Shown here: in pieces, positions 1 through 9,193 of the stretch | Layout: every line of letters starts with the position of its first letter | Numbering within the stretch: the stretch's first letter is position 1 | DNA from: Armatimonadota bacterium | GTDB lineage: Bacteria > Armatimonadota > UBA10988 | Reading direction: 5' to 3' | DNA: 64,000 nt | NCBI GenBank assembly: GCA_016235455.1 | Contig: JACRKZ010000085.1 | Coordinates: 11,286-75,285 of the forward strand | The notes under the pieces: model-generated | Seen by the model: the letters and a program-made list of their open reading frames with translations, nothing else | The model's database searches: none | Told to the model about the DNA's origin: nothing | Program-made: the position numbers and the translations under genes

Positions 1-65
1 ATCACACACAGTCCAACCGTCGCCCCCAGCAGCCAATGTCGCCTCACGTCGCGTGCTCCCGGCAT
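1..65 (-). CDS. Possible N-terminus of a secreted protein running off the window start (partial)
   Basis: Minus strand from ATG at 65 reads MPGARDVRRHWLLGATVGLCV..., signal-peptide-like and divergent from the 136 gene; only about 21 codons visible. Confidence 0.35.
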   Translation of the reverse strand, partial: MPGARDVRRHWLLGATVGLCV

Positions 66-89
66 CGATAGACGCCGCGATGGGCCGAA

Positions 90-114
90 AGGTCCCCCGC
101 CGCGGGGGTCGAAC
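90..114 (+). promoter_or_regulatory. SigH-like promoter, near-consensus AGGT-N16-CGAAC
   Basis: aggt cccccgccgcgggggt cgaac, 21 nt upstream of ATG 136; one mismatch to the recurrent motif. Confidence 0.45.
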
Positions 115-135
115 AGACCGCTCGGAGACCTGACC

Positions 136-2676
136 ATGTCCTGGTTGGCCGCACCGCTGCTCCTGGGAGGACTGCTCATGGCCGAAAGCGCGCCACCGCC
201 GCCGCAAGCGCCGTACCTGAACACGTGGCTCATCTCGGCGCCGTTTGCCACCACCGCCGTGGCCACGCGCGAGGCGCTGGCGGAGGCCGACTGGACCCCG
301 CGGCCCGGCGAGCGCTGGAGTTGGTTCGATGATCGCCTCTTCTCCCGCAACTACGACAACTACCAGGACCTGTTCAGCTACCTGCGCTATCACCAGGCCC
401 AGACCGCGGCCGGCCAGGCCGTCTATGCGCATGTCTACCTGCATGTGCCGGCCGGCGTCGCCGCCGAACTGCGGCTGGGCGTGGACCGCGACGTGCGAGT
501 CTGGCTCAACCAGCAGCCCGTGCCGACCGGCGAGCAGAAGGGCTACCTGCGCGACAGCATCCGCGTGCCGGTGACGCTGTCCGCCGGCTGGAACCGGCTC
601 ATGCTGCGCATCAGCAACGCCGCCGCAGGCCGGCTGGGGTTCTATGCGCGCGTCTGCGGAGCCGATGGCGTCGTCGTGCCCGGCCTGACCGCCTCGCCCC
701 TCGGCCCGCTGGCCAAGCTCCAGGTGGCCACGCAAGGCATGGGCGATGTCAGCTTGCAGCCGCTGCCCACGGCCTGGCGCGAGTGGCCCTATGTCGCCGC
801 CGACGCCGTGCGCGATGCCCGCCTGGAGATGGGGGCCTTCGTCCGGCACAAGCCGCAACTGGCCATGAACGCCTCACCGTTTCAGCTCACCGCCGGTGGT
901 GGCACGCCGCCGTACACCTGGGCCGTGGCCGAGGGCAAACTGCCCGACGGACTCACGCTGGCGCCCGACGGCACGATCCTGGGCACGGTCTCGGCCAAGG
1001 CCGAACTGGGGCAGCGCGATGTGACCGTGGCGGTGACCGACGGCGCCGGCGCGACGGCCAAGGCGCCACTCTGGCTGACCGTGGCCGAGCGGCCCAACAA
1101 GTGGTACGAGGACATGCGCCTCGTGGCGCTGATCCACAATCCCGAGAGCCTGCTGCAGGGCGCCGACGAGAAGACGGCGCTACCCGAGTTCGCCAAGCTG
1201 ATGCGCCGCCAGGGCTATGGCCTGGGCATGATGATCAGCTACAACAACGGCGAGCACAAGTACCGCTTCCCCAACCAGTTCGACGCCAACGCGCCGGACC
1301 TGGCCGCCAAGTACAGCGCCGCGCTGCGCGCCGAAGGCATGCGCTTCGGCATGTACATGGGCAACCTGAACGGCGACAACCACGGCGGCCAGCAGGGCGC
1401 CATGCTCATGGTCGAGGAGGCCATGAAGCGCTACGACCCGGCCGCGTTGTGGTTTGACTGGGCCAGCGCCGATCCCGATGGCTACGAGCAACTCGACGCG
1501 CTGTACTCGATGATCCGTTCGCTCAACCCGGACACGCTCATCGTGCTCAACGGCATCACCACCAGCTATCACGGCGATTGGGACGTCGTCTGTCTCGAGG
1601 GCTGGGGTGCCTGGGGCGACAAGATGTGGGGCCTGTGGCCGTTCGACATCGACTGGCCCAAGAAGCCCGTGCTGGAGAGCTGGCGGATGCTGGCCGACCC
1701 CGGCTTCGACTTCAGCCGGGGCGTCTCGCCCGACCCGCGCGAGTACCTGCGCGTGCAACTCAGCCTGATCCTGGAGGGCTATGTGGCCAACATCGACCAC
1801 AGCCCGACCATCCGCACGGCCTGGAAGAAGCTCTCCGACTCGCCCGTGGCGCGGGCCCACGAAGAGATGGCCAAGTGGGCCAATCCGCCTGGCCTGCCCA
1901 GCCTGACCACGGCCTACACCCTGGTCAAACCCGCTCCGGTGAGTGTCGGCCGCTGGGGCTATGCGGCCCAGAGCCTCGATGGCCGTACGCTGTACCTGCA
2001 CATCATGACCAACGCGCGCGGCAAGACCGGGCTGCCCAAGGATGGGCGCATCAGCCTGAGCGGCGTGTCGCCCAAGGTCACTGCCGCGAGCTGCCTCAAT
2101 GTGGGCCGGGCGGTGCGCTTCTTCCAGCAGAAGGACGAACTGACGCTGAACCTGGCCGACATCACGCCCGACGCCGTCGACACCATCGTGCGCGTCAGCC
2201 TGGCCGCGCCGCTGCCCGACCGGCCGCGCCCGGCCGAGCGCGTCGAACCCGTGCCGGCGGGCAATCTGGCCACCGGCAAGCCGGCACGCCTGCTGAGCAC
2301 CGACGGCCAGCGCGAGCTGGTGCCCAGCGCGTTCTCGTTCGCGCGGTTCGGCGTCGACGGCCTGCCGTCGACCGTGGCGCAAGGTGCCTACGAGTGGGCT
2401 TGGGCCTTCGAGGTCGACCTGACGCGAGCGGAGCCGGTCAAGCGCGTGGTGGTGCACTTCCCCGCGGGCGGCTGGGCCACGGAGTACGAGGTGCTGCTCT
2501 CGGCCGACGGCACCACCTGGCGCAGCGTGGCCCACCTCAAGGACGCCGTCTCGGGCCGGCATGAGCATGCCGCCGACGGCACGCCCGCGCGCTTCGTGCG
2601 CATCAAAGCCATCAAGCCCGACGGGCCAGGCCAGCCCGGCAGTCAGATGGCCATCAGCGAACTGGAGGTGTACTGA
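136..2676 (+). CDS. Secreted multidomain alpha-L-fucosidase-like (GH29-type) glycosidase with putative Ig domain and C-terminal F5/8 type C (CBM32) domain
   Basis: Signal peptide; He_PIG-like GGTPPYTWAVAEGKLPDGLTL; GH29-like ALWFDW; C-terminal NLATGKPA...VDL...ARFVRI...ISELEVY discoidin signature; RBS ggaga. Confidence 0.75.
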   Translation: MSWLAAPLLLGGLLMAESAPPPPQAPYLNTWLISAPFATTAVATREALAEADWTPRPGERWSWFDDRLFSRNYDNYQDLFSYLRYHQAQTAAGQAVYAHVYLHVPAGVAAELRLGVDRDVRVWLNQQPVPTGEQKGYLRDSIRVPVTLSAGWNRLMLRISNAAAGRLGFYARVCGADGVVVPGLTASPLGPLAKLQVATQGMGDVSLQPLPTAWREWPYVAADAVRDARLEMGAFVRHKPQLAMNASPFQLTAGGGTPPYTWAVAEGKLPDGLTLAPDGTILGTVSAKAELGQRDVTVAVTDGAGATAKAPLWLTVAERPNKWYEDMRLVALIHNPESLLQGADEKTALPEFAKLMRRQGYGLGMMISYNNGEHKYRFPNQFDANAPDLAAKYSAALRAEGMRFGMYMGNLNGDNHGGQQGAMLMVEEAMKRYDPAALWFDWASADPDGYEQLDALYSMIRSLNPDTLIVLNGITTSYHGDWDVVCLEGWGAWGDKMWGLWPFDIDWPKKPVLESWRMLADPGFDFSRGVSPDPREYLRVQLSLILEGYVANIDHSPTIRTAWKKLSDSPVARAHEEMAKWANPPGLPSLTTAYTLVKPAPVSVGRWGYAAQSLDGRTLYLHIMTNARGKTGLPKDGRISLSGVSPKVTAASCLNVGRAVRFFQQKDELTLNLADITPDAVDTIVRVSLAAPLPDRPRPAERVEPVPAGNLATGKPARLLSTDGQRELVPSAFSFARFGVDGLPSTVAQGAYEWAWAFEVDLTRAEPVKRVVVHFPAGGWATEYEVLLSADGTTWRSVAHLKDAVSGRHEHAADGTPARFVRIKAIKPDGPGQPGSQMAISELEVY

Positions 2677-5171
2677 TGCATCGCTGGCTCCTCTCGCTCC
2701 TGGCCGCCGGCCTCGCCAGCGCGGCGACGCTGACCGTGCCCGCCGGCGGTGACCTGCTGGGCACGGTGGCCAAGGCCCGCGATCTGCCGCGCCCGGTGAC
2801 CATCGAGCTCGGCGACGGCACGCACTATCTGCCGGCCACGCTGCGCCTGGGACCGCGCGACAGCGGCCTGAAGTTCGTCGCCGCGCGCGGGGCCAAACCG
2901 GTGCTCTCGGGCGGCCGGCCGGTCACCGGCTGGCAGGTGCGTGACGGCATCTGGGAGGTGACCTTGCCAGAGGTCGCCGCGGGCGCCTGGCGCCCGCGCC
3001 AGCTGTTTGTCGGCGGCCAGCGTGCCACGGTGTGCCGCGCGCCCAACACCGGCTTCTATCGCGTCGGCGGCTACGACAACGAACTGCCCAAGCGCGCCTT
3101 CACCTACAACGCGGGCGAACTGGCCGCCTGGCCGGACCTGGCCTCGGCCACGCTGGTCGTGCTGCACTCTTGGGAGACGTCGGTCATGCCCATCGCCTCG
3201 GTCGATCCGGCCAGGCGACGGGTGGTGCTCGGCGGCGACAGCGTGTGGAACTTCGGTTACTGGGGCACGCCGCAGCGCTGGTACGTCGAGGGCGTCGCGG
3301 CGGCGTTCGACGCGCCGGGCGAGTGGCACCTGGACGCCCGCACGGGGCTGCTGCGCTATCGGCCGCTGCCGGGCCAGACGCCGGCCAACACACCGGTGGT
3401 CGCGGGCCACCTGGTGGATGTGGTGCGGGTCAATGGTGACCCGCGCGTCGGCCTGCCGGTCACCGACGTCAGCTTCTCGGGCCTCACCTTCGCTCACGGC
3501 GACTGGGCACTGGAGCCTGCCGGCCACAGCGATCCGCAGGCGGTGTGCAGCGCCGATGGCAACGTGTCGTTGCGGGGCGCGGTCGGCTGTTCGTTCGCCG
3601 ATTGCCGCTTCGCCCACATGGGCAGCTACGCGCTGGCGCTGCGCGGCGGCAGCCGCGACTGCCGCGTGGAGCGCTGCGAGTTCGTGGACGTCGGGGCGGG
3701 CGCGGTGCGGCTCGGCGAGACGTTCGTCGCCAAGGAGCCTGAGCAGCGCTGCGAGGGCCATGTGGTCGACAACTGCTGGGTGCACGACTACGGCCAGGTC
3801 TATGCCGGTGGCGTGGGCATCTGGCTGGCCATGGCCGGCGACTGCCGCATCTCGCACAACGATATCCACGACGGATGGTATACCGGCATCTCGGTCGGCT
3901 GGGATTGGGGCCGCGCGCCGACGACCAGCCACGGCGACCAGATCTTGGACAACCATATCCACCACATCGTCAAGGGCCGCCTGAGCGACGCGGGCGGCAT
4001 CTACACACTCGGCGAGCTCGACGGCGGCCGCTTGGCGGGCAACGTCATCCACGATGTGCTGGCCTACACCGAGCCCGACTACTCGTGGGGCATCTACCTG
4101 GACTCCGAGTCGCACGGGCTGACCGTCGAGGACAACCGCGTCTGGGCCATCGAAGACGGCCTGATGCTGCACAACGGCGCTTACAACAACGTCATCCGCC
4201 GCAATGTCTTCGCCCAGGCCGCCGACTACCTGATCTGGCGCTCGCCGTCGGGCATTCCCATGCCCAACACGTTCACCGACAACATCGGCCTGGTCACCCA
4301 AGGCAGCCTGTTCCTGCCCGACGGCACGCCGGACACGGTGTCCACCTGGGACCGCAACACCTACTGGCGCGCTGACGGTCGCGAGCTGTTGTTCATGGAT
4401 GACTCGTTCGCCGAGTGGCAGGCGCGTGGCGTGGACAAGGCTTCGCGCGTGGCCGACCCCAAGCTCCGGCTGCCGCTGCCCATCGGCCAGGCCGGCCTGT
4501 ATGGCGACCCGGCCTGGGTCGCCAAGCCGCGCGCGGTCGCGTTCGCTCCGACGGTCATGCCGACGACCAAGGTGACCGACGGGCCGCAGCCGGTGATCGA
4601 GGACTTCGAATCCACCGCGGTCGGCCAGGCGCCGCCCCGGCTGGTGGTCTCACTGGGCAAAGAGCCCGGCGGCAGCGTCCAGGTCAGCGACCAGCAGCCC
4701 GCCGTGGGCCGGCATTGCCTGCGCTTTGCCGATGCCAAGGCCCTCGAGCACACCTGGGAGCCGCACGCCTTCTGGCAGCCGCGGCTGCGCAAGGGAACGG
4801 CCAGGCTGACCTTCCACTGGTGGGTCGGGCCGGGCTCCGAGCCCTGGACCGAATGGCGTAGCGCCGGCCAGCCTTTCAAGACCGGCCCAAGCATCCGCAT
4901 CGGCGCGGACCGCCAACTGGTGGCCAATGGCAAGGCGCTGGTCAAGGTGCCAGAGCAGACCTGGCTCAAGCTGACCATCACCTGCCCGCTGGGCAAGGCC
5001 GCACACGGCCACTACGGCCTGACGCTGGCCGTCGGCGAGGCGGCGGCGACCGACCTGGGCGAGCAGACTTGCGACCCGGCCTTCGACAACCTGGGCTGGC
5101 TCGGCTTCGTGGCGCTGGCGGACGCGACGGGCGAGTTCAGGATCGATGATGTGCGCCTGACGATTGAGTAG
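2676..5171 (+). CDS. Secreted right-handed parallel beta-helix protein (GH141-like) with C-terminal ConA/LamG-like domain
   Basis: Signal peptide; LSGG...ITGW, HNDIHDGWYTGISVGW, LSDAGGIYTLG, WGIYLD motifs; start overlaps the upstream stop (TGATG). Confidence 0.8.
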   Translation: MHRWLLSLLAAGLASAATLTVPAGGDLLGTVAKARDLPRPVTIELGDGTHYLPATLRLGPRDSGLKFVAARGAKPVLSGGRPVTGWQVRDGIWEVTLPEVAAGAWRPRQLFVGGQRATVCRAPNTGFYRVGGYDNELPKRAFTYNAGELAAWPDLASATLVVLHSWETSVMPIASVDPARRRVVLGGDSVWNFGYWGTPQRWYVEGVAAAFDAPGEWHLDARTGLLRYRPLPGQTPANTPVVAGHLVDVVRVNGDPRVGLPVTDVSFSGLTFAHGDWALEPAGHSDPQAVCSADGNVSLRGAVGCSFADCRFAHMGSYALALRGGSRDCRVERCEFVDVGAGAVRLGETFVAKEPEQRCEGHVVDNCWVHDYGQVYAGGVGIWLAMAGDCRISHNDIHDGWYTGISVGWDWGRAPTTSHGDQILDNHIHHIVKGRLSDAGGIYTLGELDGGRLAGNVIHDVLAYTEPDYSWGIYLDSESHGLTVEDNRVWAIEDGLMLHNGAYNNVIRRNVFAQAADYLIWRSPSGIPMPNTFTDNIGLVTQGSLFLPDGTPDTVSTWDRNTYWRADGRELLFMDDSFAEWQARGVDKASRVADPKLRLPLPIGQAGLYGDPAWVAKPRAVAFAPTVMPTTKVTDGPQPVIEDFESTAVGQAPPRLVVSLGKEPGGSVQVSDQQPAVGRHCLRFADAKALEHTWEPHAFWQPRLRKGTARLTFHWWVGPGSEPWTEWRSAGQPFKTGPSIRIGADRQLVANGKALVKVPEQTWLKLTITCPLGKAAHGHYGLTLAVGEAAATDLGEQTCDPAFDNLGWLGFVALADATGEFRIDDVRLTIE

Positions 5172-5194
5172 GATCGGCTTCACGCCTGGCGAAT
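5170..5194 (+). promoter_or_regulatory. SigH-like promoter AGGA-N16-CGAAT upstream of gldA
   Basis: agga tcggcttcacgcctgg cgaat; perfect match to the recurrent motif. Confidence 0.6.
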
Positions 5195-5232
5195 GAGCCG
5201 GGCCACGGATAGGTGATGAGGGGAGTTAGCCC

Positions 5233-6345
5233 ATGATCGCTGTGATGATTGCGCCGCGCCGCTATGTGCAGGGACGCGGCGTCCTGGCGGATGCGGGGAC
5301 GTACCTGAAGGCCATCGGTCACAAGCCGCTGGTGCTGTGGGATGCCGGTGTCAAAGGCATTGTCGGCGAGCGCGTGCTGGCCAGCCTGACGGCGGCGGGG
5401 CTGGAGGTGGTCGATGTGGCCTTTGGCGGCGACTCCACCCATGCCGAGGTGGACCGCGTGGCGGCCATCGCCCGCGAGTCCGGCGCCGATGTGGCCGTGG
5501 GTGTTGGTGGTGGCAAGACGCTCGACACGGCCAAGGCAGCCGCGGCGGCTACCGGCATCGCCATGGTCACCGTGCCGACCATCGCCAGCAACGACTCGCC
5601 GACCAGTTCGTACACGGTGTGGTACGACGAGCAGGGCAACTGCCTGGGCTTCGAGAGCTGGGGCCGCAACCCGGATCTCGTGCTGGTGGACAGCGAAGTC
5701 ATTGCCAACGCGCCGGTCCGCTCGTTCGTGGCCGGCATGGGCGATGCCCTGGCCACCTGGGTGGAGGCCGAGGCGGCCTACAAGACGCGCGCGGGCAACC
5801 TGGCCGGCGGCGGCAGCACCCAGGCGGCGCTGACGCTGGCGCGGCTAGGCTACGACATCCTGCTCGAGCACGGTCTCAACGCCAAGCGAGCGGTCGAGAA
5901 GAAGGTCGTCACGCCGGCGGTGGAGCGCTGCATCGAGGCCAACGTGTTGCTGTCCGGACTGGGGTTCGAGAGCAGCGGCGTGTGCACCGCGCACATGATC
6001 GCCAACTGCCTGCCCAGCTTCCCCGAGTGCCACGGCCTGATGCACGGCGAGGAGGTCGGCTTCGGCATCATCAGCCAGCTCTGCCTGGACGAGGATGTCA
6101 GCGTGGCCGAGATGAACCGCATCGTCGACTTCGAGATCGCCGTCGGCCTGCCGGTGACGTTCGCCGACATCCGCCTGGCCGGCGTGAGCCGCGACCGGCT
6201 GAAGGTCATCGGCGACATCTGCGCCGGCGCCGGCTCGCTGTGTGACAACCACCCGTTCGCTGTCTCCTCGGACAGCATTGTTGACGCCATGATCGCCGCC
6301 GATGCCCTGGGCACGGAGCGCAAGAAACTAGCTGGTAAGGAGTAA
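5233..6345 (+). CDS. gldA: Glycerol dehydrogenase (family III metal-dependent alcohol dehydrogenase)
   Basis: P-x-RYVQG-x-G start, GVGGGKTLDTAKA, VPTIASNDSPTS, AGMGDALATW, SGLGFES, HGEEV motifs. Confidence 0.9.
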   Translation: MIAVMIAPRRYVQGRGVLADAGTYLKAIGHKPLVLWDAGVKGIVGERVLASLTAAGLEVVDVAFGGDSTHAEVDRVAAIARESGADVAVGVGGGKTLDTAKAAAAATGIAMVTVPTIASNDSPTSSYTVWYDEQGNCLGFESWGRNPDLVLVDSEVIANAPVRSFVAGMGDALATWVEAEAAYKTRAGNLAGGGSTQAALTLARLGYDILLEHGLNAKRAVEKKVVTPAVERCIEANVLLSGLGFESSGVCTAHMIANCLPSFPECHGLMHGEEVGFGIISQLCLDEDVSVAEMNRIVDFEIAVGLPVTFADIRLAGVSRDRLKVIGDICAGAGSLCDNHPFAVSSDSIVDAMIAADALGTERKKLAGKE

Positions 6346-6348
6346 CCC

Positions 6349-6669
6349 ATGCGGAAGTTCGCACACATCGGTCTGCTCACCACCGAGCCCAAGCCGGGCG
6401 AGATGTGGTTCGACTCGCTCAAGGTCTGGGGTACCGATCCGTCCGGCGACCCGAACCTGATCGAGTGGGTCCGCTTCACCCCCGAGAGCCCCTTGTTCGA
6501 CACGCCGGTGTCCAAAGGCCCGCACGTCTCCTACCAGGTGGACGACCTCGATGCCGAACTGGTCGGCAAGGACGTCAAGGTGCCGCCGGTGCAGGCCGCG
6601 CCGGGCATCCGCATCGCCTACTTCGAGGAAGATGGCGCGCTGATCGAGTACATGGAGGTCAAAGCTTAG
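6349..6669 (+). CDS. Small VOC/glyoxalase-fold hypothetical protein
   Basis: RBS aaggag; HIG...IEW...PHVSYQVDDLD...IEYME pattern; 3 nt after gldA. Confidence 0.7.
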   Translation: MRKFAHIGLLTTEPKPGEMWFDSLKVWGTDPSGDPNLIEWVRFTPESPLFDTPVSKGPHVSYQVDDLDAELVGKDVKVPPVQAAPGIRIAYFEEDGALIEYMEVKA

Positions 6670-6677
6670 GCGCGGCC

Positions 6678-7196
6678 ATGGTCGACGACAGCCAGCCGCA
6701 TCGGCGCCGGTCGGTGCGGCTGGTGGGTTATCGCTACGCCAGGCCGGGCACCTGCTCTGTGACGGTCTGCACCGCCGGCTGGCGCTGCATCCTGGCGCGG
6801 TTGGACGATGGCTACCTGGACCTCACGCCCACCGGCCGCATCGTCGCGGAGGAGTGGTTGCGCGCGCCCGTGCTGCGGCCCGAGGTAGAGCTCGACGCCT
6901 TCGTAGTGATGCCCAACCACCGCCATGCGGTCTTGGTCATCGGAGAGACCGCCAGCGAGCGAGGCCGGGTGGGCGAGTTCCACCGCCCTGCGCGGTCGTT
7001 GGGCGCGGTGCTGGCCGGTTTCAAGTCGACAACGACCAGCCGCGTACGCCGCCTGCCCGGCTGGTCAGGCCGGGCGGTCTGGCAGCGCGGCTACCACGAG
7101 CACATCGTGCGCAGTGAGGGCGCGCTGGCCAACATCCGCGCCTGTGTTGCTGACAACCCAGCCAGCTGGCGGATGGACCGGCACAACCAACGGTAG
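6678..7196 (+). mobile_element. REP-associated tyrosine transposase (RAYT / Y1_Tnp, IS200-like), probably degenerate
   Basis: HRRRSVRL-x-GY-x-Y, FVVMPNH-R-H, SLG-x-x-x-x-GFKS, WQRGYHEHIVR, IRACVADNP motifs; conserved YI..NP Tyr is Cys; GTAG-REP directly at the 3' end. Start set at ATG 6678. Confidence 0.85.
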
Positions 7197-7219
7197 GGGC
7201 GCACGCCGTGCGCCCCTAC
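7193..7219. repeat. GTAG-type REP palindrome GTAGGGGCGCAC-GCC-GTGCGCCCCTAC
   Basis: Perfect 12-bp inverted repeat with 3-nt loop; starts with GTAG; abuts the RAYT. Confidence 0.85.
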
Positions 7220-9162
7220 GGGGTGCTCGTGGTTGCTGCCGTGCGTAGGACGTAGCCGCCGTTGGCCGCCAGGCTCACCGCGCCGACCTCATGCCCAACG
7301 CGCAGCGTGCCTTCCGGCCCGTCGCTCAGGCAGGTCACCAGACTGCCCCTGCCCAGCCAGGCCAGGTCAAGCGGCAAGGTCAATGGCGCACTGGTGCCGT
7401 TGAGCGCCGCGACGAACCACGTCGTGCCCGACCGCCGCGCCACGGCCACGTAGCGGCCGGGATCGGCGGCCAGACAGCGCGACTCGTCCCACGCCGCCGG
7501 CACCGAACCCAGCAGATCGAGCGCCGCGTCGGGCAGCGCGCGGTACCAGTCGGCACGGCCGCCATGGTGCTGCACGCCCGAGGTGAAGAGCACCGGCAAC
7601 GCCAGTTGGTGCGCGGCGGTGACGCGATGTCGCCACGGTGCGCCGTCCAGCAACGCTGGCGTGTAGTCCATCGGGGCGATCACGTTGCGCGTGAACGGCA
7701 GGATGGCGTGGTGGGCCGCCGCGCGGTCGCCGTAGTCGCTCTCGAAGTGGTAGCTCTCCTCGCCCAGTACCGCCTCGGCCGACAGCAGGTTGGGCCAGGT
7801 GCGCTGCCAGCCGCGCGGGATGGTGCAGCCGTGCAGCACGACGACCAGCCGGCGCTCCGCCGCATCGCGACACAGGTCGAGCATGGTCCTGACCGCGAGT
7901 TGCTTGTCGCTGCACCAGAAGTCGATTTTGAACCCCGCCACGCCGGCGGCCGCCGCCTCGTCCAGCCGGCGGCGGCGGTCGGGCACGTCGTACATCTCCG
8001 TGCTGTCGCCCCACAGCAGCAGCCGCACGCCGCGTTCGCGCGCCGCCGCGGCCATCTCGCCCAGCGGCACGTTCCACCAGCCGGCGTCGAGCAGCTCATA
8101 CTCCCAGCCGCGTTCGGCCGCGAAGTCGAGGAACGTGCCGAAGGCACGCCGGTCGAAGCGCTCGGGCTGACTCAGCCAGGACCAACTGGCCCGGCCCGGC
8201 GCGATCCACGAGGGGTCGGTGACCTCGCACGGCTGGGCCAAGTCGGTAGGCCAGGTGCTGGTCACGATGCTCCCGGCCTCGCCGGCCAACGCCAGCCCGC
8301 GCCACGCCGTGGTCAGCGGCAGCGTGGTCAACGGCGCAGCCGACGAGGCCAGGAGCGCGGGCACCTTCTGCTTGTACTCGCCCGCCGACGGCCAGCGCAC
8401 ACGGTAGACACCGTCGGTGCCATCGCTCAGGTGCGTGCCGCACCAGCTCTCGTCGACGCCTGATTCCACGCTCAGCGCCCAGGCGTCGCCGTCGGCCAGG
8501 CGGTACAGGCCACCGAAGCTCCAGCCCGCGGCCGGGTTCGGCCCGCGACAGCGCCCCGGCGCCTGGCCGATGGCCACCGCTTGGTAATAGTCCTCGTAGG
8601 CCGGCGTGTAGTCGCTGGGTTGATGGTACGGCTGCAGCCAGGCCTGGCCGGAAGTGAAGGCGAAGCCGGTGTGGTCGGCGGCCACGGCCACCGGTTGGCC
8701 ATCATAGCCCGGCGGCGCGGGCAGGCGGTAGCGCACGGCCACACCGCCGTCGGCCACGCGCAGGTCGATCAGCAGCAGCGCACCGCGCGCGTTGCGCAGA
8801 GTCGCCGTGACCTGCCGCCAGGGGCTGTCCACCTGCCGGCAGGGCCCGGTCCACAGCGCGTAGCGCTCGCGCCCGTCGATGCCCGGAGTCGCGCCCACCA
8901 GGCTCAGGCCGGAGTCGAACGAGTCGGCGCCGACGGTCAATCCCAGCGGCGAATCGGCCAGGACCGGGTGGTCGCGATACCACACGCGCCACAGCAGGCT
9001 TCCCTGCGGGGTCAACGTCAGTTCGGCGCGGACCCGATTCTGTGGCGATGCGATGGATGCAACCGGGCGCGAGCCGGCGGCGTCGAGGGTCAGCAGCATG
9101 CACAGGGCAAGAGCGGTCAACGGGTGCTCCCGGGTGAGGACGGTCTTTCCGTCGCTCGGCAT
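7216..9162 (-). CDS. Glycoside hydrolase family 97 (alpha-glucosidase/alpha-galactosidase)
   Basis: SP..V...L, DGGVAVRY, WIAPGRASWSW, LLDAGW, GVAGFKIDF, HGCTIPRGWQRTWPN, EAVLGEE, LPFTRNVIAPMDYTP motifs. Confidence 0.9.
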   Translation of the reverse strand: MPSDGKTVLTREHPLTALALCMLLTLDAAGSRPVASIASPQNRVRAELTLTPQGSLLWRVWYRDHPVLADSPLGLTVGADSFDSGLSLVGATPGIDGRERYALWTGPCRQVDSPWRQVTATLRNARGALLLIDLRVADGGVAVRYRLPAPPGYDGQPVAVAADHTGFAFTSGQAWLQPYHQPSDYTPAYEDYYQAVAIGQAPGRCRGPNPAAGWSFGGLYRLADGDAWALSVESGVDESWCGTHLSDGTDGVYRVRWPSAGEYKQKVPALLASSAAPLTTLPLTTAWRGLALAGEAGSIVTSTWPTDLAQPCEVTDPSWIAPGRASWSWLSQPERFDRRAFGTFLDFAAERGWEYELLDAGWWNVPLGEMAAAARERGVRLLLWGDSTEMYDVPDRRRRLDEAAAAGVAGFKIDFWCSDKQLAVRTMLDLCRDAAERRLVVVLHGCTIPRGWQRTWPNLLSAEAVLGEESYHFESDYGDRAAAHHAILPFTRNVIAPMDYTPALLDGAPWRHRVTAAHQLALPVLFTSGVQHHGGRADWYRALPDAALDLLGSVPAAWDESRCLAADPGRYVAVARRSGTTWFVAALNGTSAPLTLPLDLAWLGRGSLVTCLSDGPEGTLRVGHEVGAVSLAANGGYVLRTAATTSTP

Positions 9163-9185
9163 GAGTTCCTGCCTGCCCGGCGAAT
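9161..9185 (+). promoter_or_regulatory. SigH-like promoter, near-consensus ATGA-N16-CGAAT
   Basis: One mismatch to the recurrent motif; predicted TSS about 9191-9194 coincides with the start of the long hairpin element. Confidence 0.4.
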
Positions 9186-9193
9186 GCAGCGAT

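Noticed and set aside
6405-6677. N-terminal extensions in the ORF track (also 9192, 11203, 16567, 17862, 26983, 29238, 47725 and 50323)
   Set aside because: They overlap neighbouring genes or promoters; downstream starts have an RBS, signal peptide or family-typical N-terminus.
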